Positions 34,525-44,273 of a stretch of 64,000 nt of DNA are shown one piece after another. The notes below the pieces were generated by a model, which searched no databases, was not told the DNA's origin, and was given only the letters and a program-made list of their open reading frames with translations. Both the position numbers and the translations under genes were made by a program. The first letter of the stretch is position 1. Each line of letters begins with the position of its first letter. Source of the DNA: an uncultured bacterium (lineage in GTDB: Bacteria; Actinomycetota; Geothermincolia; Geothermincolales; Geothermincolaceae); NCBI GenBank assembly GCA_963765625.1, contig CAVXXD010000005.1, positions 191,113 through 255,112 on the forward strand. Reading direction: 5' to 3'.

Positions 34525-35517
34525 TCAGTTATTCCGGGCTTCGCCTTTGGCTTTGAGAAACTCATTGTAATCGGCGGTGAAGAAGTGGCGGTTTCCTTCT
34601 CCCGTGGCCACGAAATAGAGGTATTCCACCTGGGCGGGGTAGAGGGCGGCCTCGATACTGGCGAGGCCGGGATTGCAGATGGGGGCCGGCGGCAGGCCGT
34701 TGTGCAGGTAGGTATTATACGGTGAGGGTATCTCGAGGTCATCGTAGGTGAGCACGTCCTTCTGTTCGGGCAGAAGGTATTCCACGGTGGAGCACATCTG
34801 CAGGCGCATCCCCTTGTCAAGACGGTTGTAGATGACCGCGGCCACCAGTGAACGCTCCTCGGGCAGCACCGCTTCCCGTTCGATGATGGAGGCGGCTATC
34901 AACACCTGGTAGGGGGTGACCCCCAGCGCTTCCGCCCGGGACCAGTCGAGATCGGCGGTCTCCGCCTGGAACTGCGTCAGAAGCATGCTTACCAGGTCAG
35001 CCGGCTGCATCCCCTCCGTAAGGTCGTAGGTTTTGGGGAAGAGGTAGCCCTCGAGGTTGTTCTGTTGTTCGGGCGGCAGGTTCGGCACCTCATAGTCGCC
35101 CCGCGCCGCCGCGGCGAGGAATTCTTCGGCGGTCACGGTCCCGGCCGATGCCACCCGGGTGGCGGTCTGCCGGTTGGTGAAACCCTCCGGTACGGTGACC
35201 CGGGCAACCACCACCGGGCTCTTCTCAAGCTCCTCGAACACCTCTCCGTAATGCATTCCACTGAAAAGGACGTGGTCGCCGGCCTTGATCTTATCCCCCT
35301 TGCCCTCCAGCCAGGCCAGGAAGCGAAAGACGGTCGCGCTGGTCACGATGTCCTGCCCGGCCAACCGGGAAGCTATGGAGGACACGCTCTCGCCTTCCGA
35401 GACGTTGAAGTGGATGGGCTGATCGCCCCGGCTGGGGTTGAAGTAGTGGAAAATTAGAGGGATCGAGATCACCAGCAGCAGCAATACGGCGATGATGGCG
35501 AAGAATCTTTTTTTCAC
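34525..35517 (-). CDS. mltG: Endolytic murein transglycosylase MltG (YceG-like)
   Basis: 330 aa; N-terminal TM, LysM-like region, YceG catalytic core (LIAASIIEREA...YNTYLHNGLPPAPICNPG). Confidence 0.85.
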   Translation of the reverse strand: MKKRFFAIIAVLLLLVISIPLIFHYFNPSRGDQPIHFNVSEGESVSSIASRLAGQDIVTSATVFRFLAWLEGKGDKIKAGDHVLFSGMHYGEVFEELEKSPVVVARVTVPEGFTNRQTATRVASAGTVTAEEFLAAAARGDYEVPNLPPEQQNNLEGYLFPKTYDLTEGMQPADLVSMLLTQFQAETADLDWSRAEALGVTPYQVLIAASIIEREAVLPEERSLVAAVIYNRLDKGMRLQMCSTVEYLLPEQKDVLTYDDLEIPSPYNTYLHNGLPPAPICNPGLASIEAALYPAQVEYLYFVATGEGNRHFFTADYNEFLKAKGEARNN

Positions 35518-35557
35518 TATGTATTTTTTTCCGGCTATCTTCAGGCTGGCTATGTCG

Positions 35558-35971
35558 TCATCCCCTTTCCGAGCGCAAGTACGCCTCCAGCAGGAGCGCT
35601 GCGGCGGCGCTGTCCATTTTGACGCGCGCGCCCCGTCCCGACGTTCCCGCTTCCCGCAGGCGTCGAGCGGCTTCGGTGCTGGTGTAACGTTCGTCTACGA
35701 AGGTCACTTTGACACCGGGAAGCCCTTCGAGACAGGCAGCATAGTCCCGCACCCAGCCTGCCTGCTGGCCTTCCTGCCCCTTCAGGGTATAGGGCATGCC
35801 GACGACAACTTCGTCCACGCCCTCGAGGGCGATGAGTTGTTCCAGGTAGGCACGGAGACCGGGGGGGTCGGTGCCGGTCAGCACCTCCAGGGGAGAGGCC
35901 AGTATGCCCAGGGGGTCGGTGATGGCCACCCCGATGCGCTTGCTCCCCAGGTCCAGGCCGACCTTACGCAT
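35558..35971 (-). CDS. ruvX: Holliday junction resolvase-like protein RuvX/YqgF
   Basis: 137 aa; GLDLGSKRIGVAITD RNase H-like motif. Confidence 0.88.
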   Translation of the reverse strand: MRKVGLDLGSKRIGVAITDPLGILASPLEVLTGTDPPGLRAYLEQLIALEGVDEVVVGMPYTLKGQEGQQAGWVRDYAACLEGLPGVKVTFVDERYTSTEAARRLREAGTSGRGARVKMDSAAAALLLEAYLRSERG

Positions 35972-38612
35972 CTCCAGCGGCGAGTACCGCGGCGGCCGCC
36001 TGCGTCACCTTCTCTAGCGCTTCATCGATGCCTTCGCGGCGGGTGCCGCCGCCCACCGCCATGTGCGGCTTACCGCCGCCACTGCCCCCCAGGGAGGCGG
36101 AACCGGTTTTCACCAGATCCCCCGCCTTCAACCCCGACGCTACCAGTTCCTTCGATACCGCCACCACCATGTCGATCTTTTCACCTTCGGCGACCAGTGC
36201 GACCACGCCGGGCTTGATCCTTTCGAGGGCCCGGTCCGCCAGGTCACGCAGGAGGTCCTTGGGGACCCCGCCGGCCCGCGCCGTGAGGATAGTGGCCTTG
36301 CCGTCCGTCCATCGGCCGCCCTTTTCCAGCACTTCCTCCAGGACGCCGGACAGGGCCTGCACCGAACTCTTCTCAATTTCCTTCTCCAACTCACGCTGGT
36401 GCTGGAGGAGTTTTTCCAGGCGGGACAGTACCTGCCCGCTATCCGCCTTGATCAGGCCGGAAACGCCGTCCAGTACCGCGGCCGTCTCTTTGACCCGGAG
36501 GTAGGCGGCCGTCCCGGTGACGGCCTCCAGGCGGCGGAGGTTGGCCCCCACGCTGCCTTCGGAGGTGAAGAGACAGAGGCCGATCTCGCCAGTGCGGCCG
36601 ACATGGGTGCCGCCACACAGTTCGCGGCTGAGTTCGTCCACCTCCACCACGCGCACCTGGTCCTCGTACTTCTCCCCGAAGAGAGCGACGGCGTCGATGC
36701 TCCGGGCGTAGTCATAGGTGGTGATATAGGCGCGCACGGGGTAGTCGGCGATGATCATGCGGTTGACCCGGGCTTCCATATCACTCAACTCTTCCGGGGT
36801 GGGCTGGGCGTAGTGGGTAAAGTCGAAGCGCAGGTGCTCCGGGTCGACCAGGGAACCCGCCTGGCGGGCGTGTTCCCCCAGCACTTCTCGCAGCGCCCTG
36901 TGGATAAGGTGAGTGGCGGTGTGGTTGCGCCGGATGGCGTCGCGGCGTTCCTCGTCCACCTCCACGCAGACTTCCTGTTCAGGCTCCAGGACACCGCGGA
37001 CCACGCGCCCACGGTGTACGGTGAGGCCCTTGACGGGGTGCTGGGCGTCGGTGACCTCCACCTCCACCCGGTCCGATGAAAACTTTCCGTGATCGCCTAC
37101 CTGGCCACCCATCTCCCCGTAGAAGGGGGTGCGGTCCAGGACCACTTCCACTTCCTCGCCCTGGGCGGCGGAAGAGACGAAGCGGTCCCTGACGATGACC
37201 GCCTTGACGCGGGCGTTCTCCGCTGTCACCTGGTAGCCGTCGAAGAGGGTGGTGCCGAAGTTGTCCAGCACCTCGAGGTAGACTTCCTTCTCGGCCACGG
37301 AGTAGCCTTCTTCCACCCTGGCCTGGCGGGCCCGCTCCTTCTGCTGGCGCATCAGCCCGGTAAAGCCTTCCTCGTCCAGGCTGAAGCCCTGCTCCAGAGC
37401 TATCTCCCGTGTCAGCTCCAGGGGGAACCCCAGGGTGTCGTGGAGGTGAAAGACTATCTCTCCCGGCACGGCCGCCGCGCCGTCTTCTTTTAAAGAAGAC
37501 AGGGAGTCCTCGAGGTAGGAGAGCCCGCCGCGCAGGGTCTCGAGAAAACGCTCTTCCTCGCTTCGGACCATACTGACGATGAAGGCCCGGTTGCGTTTGA
37601 GATCGGGGTAGGCCTCGCCCATCAGCTCGACGACAGCCTCCACCATCTCCGGCAGGAAGACCTTGTCCGCCCCCAGGCTCCGCCCGTGGCGAACGGCCCG
37701 GCGGATGATGCGGCGCAGGATGTAACCTCGCTCCTCGTTGGAGGGAAGGACGCCGTCGCTGATAAGGAAAGTCATGGCCCGGGCATGGTCGGCCACGATA
37801 CGCAGGGAGGTGTCGGTGGTGGCGTCCCTGCCGTAGGCCGTCCCGGCCAGGCCGGCCATGCGATCCATGAGCGAACGGAGCTGGTCCGTCTCGAAATTAT
37901 TGGGCACTCCCTGCAGGACCGAGGCCACCCGCTCCAGGCCCATGCCGGTATCGATGTTTTTTCTGGGCAGGGGGGTCAGGCCGCCCTGCTGATCACGGTC
38001 ATACTGCATGAAGACCAGGTTCCAGAGCTCCAGGTAGCGATCGCAGTCGCAGCCGGGCGCGCACTCAGGGCGTCCGCAGCCGGCCTCGGGGCCCTGGTCG
38101 TAGAGTATCTCGGAACAGGGGCCGCAGGGGCCGGTCTCCCCCATGTCCCAGAAGTTGTCTTCCTTACCCAGCTTGACGACACGGTCGGCGGGAACGCCCA
38201 CCTCGTCGCGCCAGATGGCCAGCGCCTCGTCGTCCTCCTCGTAGACGGTGAAGTAGAGGCGCTCCAGGGGGAGGCCCAGTTCGCCCACCAGGAAGTCGTA
38301 GGCGAAACGAGCGGCTTCGCTTTTGTAATAGTCGCCGAAGCTGAAGTTGCCCAGCATCTCGAAGAAGGTCAGGTGGCGCGCGGTATGGCCCACGCGGTCG
38401 ATGTCAGTGGTGCGCACGCATTTCTGGGCCGAGGTGGCACGGGTGAACTCCGGGGTCAGTTCTCCCAGGAAATAGGGCTTGAACTGGACCATGCCCGCGG
38501 TGGTCAGCAGGAGGGTGGGGTCGTCGGGGATGAGGGAGGAACTCTCCACCACCCGGCACCCCCGCTCCGCGAAGAACTCCAGGAACCTGCGCTTGATGTC
38601 GTCGCTCTTCAA
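35964..38612 (-). CDS. alaS: Alanine--tRNA ligase
   Basis: 882 aa; class II aaRS motifs, editing HxxxH, C-terminal DHHA1 GGGKPHMAVGGG. Confidence 0.95.
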   Translation of the reverse strand: MKSDDIKRRFLEFFAERGCRVVESSSLIPDDPTLLLTTAGMVQFKPYFLGELTPEFTRATSAQKCVRTTDIDRVGHTARHLTFFEMLGNFSFGDYYKSEAARFAYDFLVGELGLPLERLYFTVYEEDDEALAIWRDEVGVPADRVVKLGKEDNFWDMGETGPCGPCSEILYDQGPEAGCGRPECAPGCDCDRYLELWNLVFMQYDRDQQGGLTPLPRKNIDTGMGLERVASVLQGVPNNFETDQLRSLMDRMAGLAGTAYGRDATTDTSLRIVADHARAMTFLISDGVLPSNEERGYILRRIIRRAVRHGRSLGADKVFLPEMVEAVVELMGEAYPDLKRNRAFIVSMVRSEEERFLETLRGGLSYLEDSLSSLKEDGAAAVPGEIVFHLHDTLGFPLELTREIALEQGFSLDEEGFTGLMRQQKERARQARVEEGYSVAEKEVYLEVLDNFGTTLFDGYQVTAENARVKAVIVRDRFVSSAAQGEEVEVVLDRTPFYGEMGGQVGDHGKFSSDRVEVEVTDAQHPVKGLTVHRGRVVRGVLEPEQEVCVEVDEERRDAIRRNHTATHLIHRALREVLGEHARQAGSLVDPEHLRFDFTHYAQPTPEELSDMEARVNRMIIADYPVRAYITTYDYARSIDAVALFGEKYEDQVRVVEVDELSRELCGGTHVGRTGEIGLCLFTSEGSVGANLRRLEAVTGTAAYLRVKETAAVLDGVSGLIKADSGQVLSRLEKLLQHQRELEKEIEKSSVQALSGVLEEVLEKGGRWTDGKATILTARAGGVPKDLLRDLADRALERIKPGVVALVAEGEKIDMVVAVSKELVASGLKAGDLVKTGSASLGGSGGGKPHMAVGGGTRREGIDEALEKVTQAAAAVLAAGDA

Positions 38613-38702
38613 CTGTGTATTCCTCCAAATTTAAAGGGGTTCCGGCCCGCGCCGGAACCCCACTATTCTAGCATACGGATAAATGTAGATGGCCGGGCGG
38701 TT

Positions 38703-39122
38703 TTACTCCGCGGCCTCCTCCGCCGCGGGTGCCGCGGCCTCCACCGCTTCTTCTTCCTCCTTTTTCCCGCCGGGAGAGATGGCCTTCTGGATGCCCGCGC
38801 CCACCCCGATTATTTTCACCACGGGTGAGGAAACCACCTGCTGGGCCAACTTGGTCATGGAGTTAACGCGGTTGGTGATGGACTCCCCGGTGGACACCAC
38901 CCGCTCGACCATCTCCAACTCGGTGTTGACGTGGTCCATGGTGGTCTGGAAGCGCGTCATCAGCGGGATGGTCTGCTTGCGTACGTCGTCCAGGAAGTTA
39001 TTGGTGATGGAGAGGGTCTTGGCCAGCTTGAGCATGACCCATGTGGCTGTGAGCATGAACAGGGTAAAAGAAATTGCGATGGCCAGCCAGGTGATGGCAC
39101 CTGCCACAGTAACTCCGAGCAT
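38703..39122 (-). CDS. DUF948 family membrane protein
   Basis: 139 aa; N-terminal TM + coiled-coil pattern typical of DUF948; acidic Ala/Glu C-terminus. Confidence 0.55.
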   Translation of the reverse strand: MLGVTVAGAITWLAIAISFTLFMLTATWVMLKLAKTLSITNNFLDDVRKQTIPLMTRFQTTMDHVNTELEMVERVVSTGESITNRVNSMTKLAQQVVSSPVVKIIGVGAGIQKAISPGGKKEEEEAVEAAAPAAEEAAE

Positions 39123-39160
39123 CGAACTACCTCCCTTGCCTTGAAAAGATCGGGGGCCCG

Positions 39161-39532
39161 TTATTCGCCCTTCCTGGAGCGGTAATCCTCGATGGCGGCA
39201 CGTATGCCGTCCGCTGCCAGGTTGGAGCAGTGCATCTTCTCGGGGGGCAGCCCGCCCAGGGCTTCCGCCACCGTGGAGTTGGTGATCTCCAGGGCTTCGT
39301 CCAGGGTTTTACCTATGACCATCTCCGTCCCCATGGAACCCGAAGCCACCGCCGCCGTGCACCCGAAGGTCTTGAACTTCACATCGGCCAGGCAGTCATC
39401 CTGTACCTTGATGGATATACGGATCATGTCGCCGCAGACGGGGTTGCCGATCTCGCCGATCCCGTCGGCGTCCTCAATCTCCCCCACGTTGCGAGGATTT
39501 TTAAAATGGTCGATCACTGCATCACTATACAT
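39161..39532 (-). CDS. Fe-S cluster assembly scaffold NifU/IscU-like
   Basis: 123 aa; conserved Cys ligands (GNPVCGD, FGCTAAVAS, HCSNLA). Confidence 0.85.
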   Translation of the reverse strand: MYSDAVIDHFKNPRNVGEIEDADGIGEIGNPVCGDMIRISIKVQDDCLADVKFKTFGCTAAVASGSMGTEMVIGKTLDEALEITNSTVAEALGGLPPEKMHCSNLAADGIRAAIEDYRSRKGE

Positions 39533-39564
39533 GCATCAAAACATATCAAACGGCCTGTTGGGTG

Positions 39565-40875
39565 TCAATGAAGCAGGCGGCGCCATTTCTCGGTCATGGC
39601 CGCTTCCTGCCCGTTCTCCGAGGACTCGTAGAAGACCTTGCCCCGCAGGTTCTCCGGCAGATAAGCCTGCTCCACGTAATGGCCCGGATAGTTGTGCGGG
39701 TAGAGGTAGCCCGCGCCGTGGCCGAGCTCCTCCGCCCCGCTATAGTTGGATCCGCGCAGATGGAGAGGGACGGTAGCGACCTCCCCCTGTTTGACCTCGC
39801 GCATGGCCAGGCCCAGGGCTACGGTGGTGGAGTTACTTTTGGGAGCGAGGGCCAGGTAGGTGGTGGCGTGGGCCAGGTTGAGCTGGGCCTCGGGCAGGCC
39901 GACGAACTCCACCGCCCGGGCCGCCGCATCCGCCACCAGCAGAGCCCGGCTGTCGGCCAGCCCCACGTCCTCGGAAGCGAAGATGACCATCCGGCGGGCG
40001 ATGAAACGGGCGTCCTCCCCGGCATAGAGCATGCGGGCCAGCCAGTAGAGGGCTGCCTGGGGGTCGGAGCCGCGCATGGATTTGATGAAGGCGGAGATGG
40101 TGTCGTAGTGGTTGTCCCCCCACTTGTCGTAGAGGAGGGCTTTGCGCTGGGCCGCCTCTTCGGCAACTTCCAGGGTGATACGGCCGCATTTCCCTTCCCG
40201 GGCCAGGAAGGCGGCTGCCTCCAGGGTGTTCAGGGCCACCCGGGCGTCTCCCCCGGACAGGTCGATCATGTGCTCGAAGGCGTCGTCGTCCACCTCGAGG
40301 TGGAGGTCCCCCAGCCCCCTCTCGCTGTCGGTGAGGGCTGAGCGCAGTACCCGCGCCAGGTCTTCTTTTGAAAGAGATTCCAGCCGGAAGATCTTGGAGC
40401 GGGAAACCAGGGCCGGGTTGACCTCGAAATAGGGGTTCTCGGTGGTGGCGCCGATGAGGACGATGATGCCGTCCTCCACCGCGGGAAGGAGGGCGTCCTG
40501 CTGGGCTTTGTTGAAGCGGTGTATCTCGTCGATGAAGAGGATGGTGCGGGTGGTGTACATGGACTTGCGCTCCGCCGCCTCGGCGATGACTTTGCGCACG
40601 TCCGCCACCCCGCTGGTCACCGCCGAGAGTTGCTGGAAATGGGCGCGGGTAAGGTTGGCGACGATGCGCGCCAGGGTGGTCTTCCCCGTGCCGGGAGGAC
40701 CCCAGAAGATGGCAGTCCGCAGCATGTCCGCCTCTATGGCGTTGCGCAGGAAGGTGCCCTCCCCCACCACGGCCTGCTGACCCGCGAATTCGTCCAGGGT
40801 GCGGGGGCGCATGCGCACGGCCAGGGGGGCGTCGCGCTTTATCGATTCCTCGAGGTTGTTCTCGAAAAGGTCCAT
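39565..40875 (-). CDS. rarA: Replication-associated recombination protein A (RarA/MgsA AAA+ ATPase)
   Basis: 436 aa; Walker [14 protein letters not shown], MgsA helical lid and C-terminal domains. Confidence 0.9.
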   Translation of the reverse strand: MDLFENNLEESIKRDAPLAVRMRPRTLDEFAGQQAVVGEGTFLRNAIEADMLRTAIFWGPPGTGKTTLARIVANLTRAHFQQLSAVTSGVADVRKVIAEAAERKSMYTTRTILFIDEIHRFNKAQQDALLPAVEDGIIVLIGATTENPYFEVNPALVSRSKIFRLESLSKEDLARVLRSALTDSERGLGDLHLEVDDDAFEHMIDLSGGDARVALNTLEAAAFLAREGKCGRITLEVAEEAAQRKALLYDKWGDNHYDTISAFIKSMRGSDPQAALYWLARMLYAGEDARFIARRMVIFASEDVGLADSRALLVADAAARAVEFVGLPEAQLNLAHATTYLALAPKSNSTTVALGLAMREVKQGEVATVPLHLRGSNYSGAEELGHGAGYLYPHNYPGHYVEQAYLPENLRGKVFYESSENGQEAAMTEKWRRLLH

Positions 40876-41219
40876 TTCTTTTCTTCTCTCATCATTACCG
40901 GGGGGTGTTCGTGTCTTATTTCATTACACCGCCAGGCGACGACAAAACCCTTTTCTCGCGGCTTTGTCAACGGCTATCAAGCCTGCATGTGGAGTGATAG
41001 TATGATGGAGAGAAGTTTGAAAAAGGCTCTGCCTTGTACGTTATTCCCTGTGATTATCTTTGAGCCAACACCTTGAACAAGCGGGACCGGAATCCGCGAG
41101 TGGACGTAATGCCCCCGCCCGGGTGGGGGACCACGGAAGCGAGTGGCAGGTCCCCACCTGCTTTTAAAGCAGGTTCAAAGATAACGGAGGAGACGGCAAG
41201 GCGGAGTTTTGCTTTGGGG

Positions 41220-44204
41220 TCAGGGAGAGTAGCCGATGGAGTCGTGGGCCCAGGACCTGCCATTGCCGTAGACGGCCCGCTCGCAGATGACCGCCCCGCT
41301 CGCTTCCACCCGGGTGGAGACGTCCCAGTCGGTGACGTAGTCGTTGGCCTTGAAGGTGCGGCGGCTTCCGGCGGGAATGATGGCGTCCCGCGGCCCGGTC
41401 TGCTCACCCGCCGAAGTCATGAAGGTGAGGTTCGCGCTCACCTCGGTGTCCCCGGGGTTCTGGACCAGGATGAAGGTCTCGAAGTCCCCGCCGGTGCAGC
41501 CTTCGGCCAGATACCAGTCCCGCGCTGCCCACGCCGCCCCTATCGATTCGTGCGCCCAGGTACGGTCGTTGCCGTACATGGCCCGCTCGCAAACCACCGC
41601 TCCGCTAGTCGCGGTAACGCGGGTGGAGACGTTGTAGGTGGCAACGTAGTCGTTCACCCTCAAGGTCACGCGAGATCCCTTCGCGACGTTCAAACCTTGC
41701 AGGGTTAACGGCGCCACTTCTCCATTATCAGTCTGAAAAACAACGTCCACGACGGCATCGGTTCTGGGGTCGGGAGCCTGTATGAGGACGTAAGTCTCCA
41801 TGCCCCCGTCAGTCGAACCTTCCGCCAGGTACCATTCCCTGGCGGCTTGCGTCGTCCCGATGCTGTCATGCGCCCATACGCCTCCCGGCCCGTACATGGC
41901 CCGCTCGCAGACCACCGGCAAGCCCGCCGCCATGACCGTGGTGGAGACATTGTAGTCGGTCACATAGTCGTTGAGCCTGAACGAGCGGCGGGAATTGGCG
42001 GGGACCTGGTCATCGACTGCGATGTATTCCGAAGAAGTGCCCAGTGCCAGTATTACGTCGACCGCTTCCGCATTGGGATTCTGCACCAGTATCCAGGTCT
42101 CCATGCCTCCATCGGTACATCCTTCGGCGAAGTTCCAGCCGATGGACGGGACGGTCACCCCGATGGAGTCGTGGGCCCAGGACCTGCCATTGCCGTAGAC
42201 GGCCCGCTCGCAGATGACCGCCCCGCTCGCTTCCACCCGGGTGGAGACGTCCCAGTCGGTGACGTAGTCGTTGGCCTTGAAGGTGCGGCGGCTTCCGGCG
42301 GGAATGATGGCGTCCCGCGGCCCGGTCTGCTCACCCGCCGAAGTCATGAAGGTGAGGTTCGCGCTCACCTCGGTGTCCCCGGGGTTCTGGACCAGGATGA
42401 AGGTCTCGAAGTCCCCGCCGGTGCAGCCTTCGGCCAGGTACCAGGTGGTTGGCTCTATCGTGAATGCTCCCGGCAGAGTGGCTGCCTGGCCGTCGGGATT
42501 GGTGACCACCACGTCCCAGGCCCCCGGCGCGGCACCGGCGAGGTCGAAGGCGCAGTTGACCCGGGTGGGCGAGGCCACCGTCACGCCCGTCGCCACTACG
42601 TCCGGCTGGCCGGATTTTCTCAAGATGACTACCGGAACGCCCCCCACGTCGAAGAAGCCTGTGCCGGCCAGGTCGGTGATGCCGACAACGGTCCCGTTCG
42701 GAGCGGCTACGGGGGTGATGCCGGTCACCGTGGGCGCCTGCCGGGAGACCCGCTGAGCGTAGATGTCGGACCTGGAACCGGAGCGAAGGTCTTCCCAGGC
42801 GACTATGGCACCTCCGGCGCCGTCGGCGGCCATGTTCACCGAGAACTGGTCATCGACGGCGCCACAGACCACCAGGCCGCTCGCGGGCCAGTTCGGGTAG
42901 AGCGTCCCATCGGCCAGCACCCGCTGGGCGTAGATATCGTAGTTGGGTGCAGGGCGGTCATCTTCCCAGACGATGATGGCACCGCCGGAACCGTCGGATG
43001 CTATGTCGGGGGCATACTGGTTGCTGGCGGCGTCGCAGACCGCGCGTCCGTTCGCCGGCCAGGCCGGGTCCACCGTCCCTCCCGCCAGCAACCGCTGGGC
43101 ATACACGTCATAGTTGCCCGAACGTTTGTCCCTCCAGGTGATGACGGCTCCCGTGGAGCCATCGGATGTAATACGGGGTCCGGACTGCTCATCGGCGGTG
43201 TCACAGACAGCCCGCCCGTTAACCGGCCAGGCCGGGTCCACCGTGCCACTCGCGAGCACTCGCTGGGCGTAGACGTCGGGGTTGGGGCCTGAGCGATGGT
43301 CCTCCCAGGTGATGATGGCGCCGCCGGAGCCGTCCGGGATCATCCGTGGTCCGAACTGACCGTTCGCCGCTATGCACACCGCCCGCCCGTTAACCGGCCA
43401 GGCCGGGTCCACCGTGCCACTCGCGAGCACTCGCTGGGCGTAGATGTCGTCACCAAGCATGGAGCGTCCGTCCTCGTAGGCGATGATGGCGCCGCCGGAA
43501 CCATCCGGGGTTATCCGGGGGTTACCCTGGCCGTTGGGCAGGGCGGTGCAGACCGCCAGGCCGTTGGCGGGCCAGGCTGGGTCCACCGTGCCGCTCGCGA
43601 GCACCCTCTGGGCGTAGATATTGTAGTTGGTGGTAGAGCGGCGGTCCGGCCAGGTGATGATGGCGCCGCCCAGGCCGTCGGAAGCCAATTGAGGACCGTT
43701 CTGGTAATCGGGGTCGGTGCAGACGGACAGGCCGTTAGCGGGCCAGGCCGGGTCCACCGTCCCGTTGGCGAGCACCCGCTGAGCATAGATATCGGGGATG
43801 CCCGCCCGGTTGTCATCCCAGGTGATGATGGCTCCGCCCGAGCCGTCAGCTATTATCTGGGGGCTGCCCGCATCGCCCGAGAGGCCGCTGCCGCGGACCT
43901 CCACTCCGTTGGCAGTCCAGGCCGGGTCCACCGTCCCGTTGGCGAGCACCCGTTGAGCGTAGATATCCGACTGGCCGTTGCGCTTATCCGCCCAGGTGAT
44001 GATGGCCCCGCCGGAGCCGTCCGAGAGTACCCGGTGTGAATACGCGTCCCCGATGAGACCGGTGCCCCGCACCTCTATGCCGTCGGCGGTCCATCTTACC
44101 CCGGCCGGGCAGGCCGTTGCCAGCACCAGCATCAGTAACACCAGCACCATCACTGGTAGTATTTTACGAATATAACTGTGGCTCGCGTTGGTTGATAGCC
44201 TCAT
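41220..44204 (-). CDS. Secreted multi-repeat surface protein: signal peptide + 8 x ~55-aa beta-propeller-like repeats + IPT/TIG-like domain + 4 x ~93-aa C-terminal repeat modules
   Basis: ~994 aa from ATG 44204 (MRLSTNASHSYIRKILPVMVLVLLMLVLATA), GGAGG SD. N-terminal YAQRVLA.GTVDPAWPANG..VC repeats; C-terminal WYLAEGCTGGDFETFILVQNP...WAHDSIG modules. Confidence 0.6.
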   Translation of the reverse strand: MRLSTNASHSYIRKILPVMVLVLLMLVLATACPAGVRWTADGIEVRGTGLIGDAYSHRVLSDGSGGAIITWADKRNGQSDIYAQRVLANGTVDPAWTANGVEVRGSGLSGDAGSPQIIADGSGGAIITWDDNRAGIPDIYAQRVLANGTVDPAWPANGLSVCTDPDYQNGPQLASDGLGGAIITWPDRRSTTNYNIYAQRVLASGTVDPAWPANGLAVCTALPNGQGNPRITPDGSGGAIIAYEDGRSMLGDDIYAQRVLASGTVDPAWPVNGRAVCIAANGQFGPRMIPDGSGGAIITWEDHRSGPNPDVYAQRVLASGTVDPAWPVNGRAVCDTADEQSGPRITSDGSTGAVITWRDKRSGNYDVYAQRLLAGGTVDPAWPANGRAVCDAASNQYAPDIASDGSGGAIIVWEDDRPAPNYDIYAQRVLADGTLYPNWPASGLVVCGAVDDQFSVNMAADGAGGAIVAWEDLRSGSRSDIYAQRVSRQAPTVTGITPVAAPNGTVVGITDLAGTGFFDVGGVPVVILRKSGQPDVVATGVTVASPTRVNCAFDLAGAAPGAWDVVVTNPDGQAATLPGAFTIEPTTWYLAEGCTGGDFETFILVQNPGDTEVSANLTFMTSAGEQTGPRDAIIPAGSRRTFKANDYVTDWDVSTRVEASGAVICERAVYGNGRSWAHDSIGVTVPSIGWNFAEGCTDGGMETWILVQNPNAEAVDVILALGTSSEYIAVDDQVPANSRRSFRLNDYVTDYNVSTTVMAAGLPVVCERAMYGPGGVWAHDSIGTTQAAREWYLAEGSTDGGMETYVLIQAPDPRTDAVVDVVFQTDNGEVAPLTLQGLNVAKGSRVTLRVNDYVATYNVSTRVTATSGAVVCERAMYGNDRTWAHESIGAAWAARDWYLAEGCTGGDFETFILVQNPGDTEVSANLTFMTSAGEQTGPRDAIIPAGSRRTFKANDYVTDWDVSTRVEASGAVICERAVYGNGRSWAHDSIGYSP
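41234..41511 (-). repeat. 278-bp perfect direct repeat, copy A (inside the repeat-protein gene)
   Basis: Identical to 42162-42439; encodes an identical ~93-aa module. Confidence 0.85.
42162..42439 (-). repeat. 278-bp perfect direct repeat, copy B
   Basis: Identical to 41234-41511. Confidence 0.85.
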
Positions 44205-44273
44205 AGCCTCCCCCTTCGGCTTCGGCAGAAACGGCGCCATATGTCCTGATTCTAACACCAGGACCATCGTTAT

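Noticed and set aside
40876-41219. 344-bp gap between rarA and the repeat-protein gene as a possible ncRNA or small-protein locus (contains hairpins ACCTGCTTT/AAAGCAGGT and CCCCCGCCC/GGGTGGGGG)
   Set aside because: The only ORFs are very short or belong to a shadow frame. The hairpins lack flanking T-tracts and promoter-like elements are weak. It most likely holds the 3' UTR/terminator of the repeat-protein gene and the rarA promoter.
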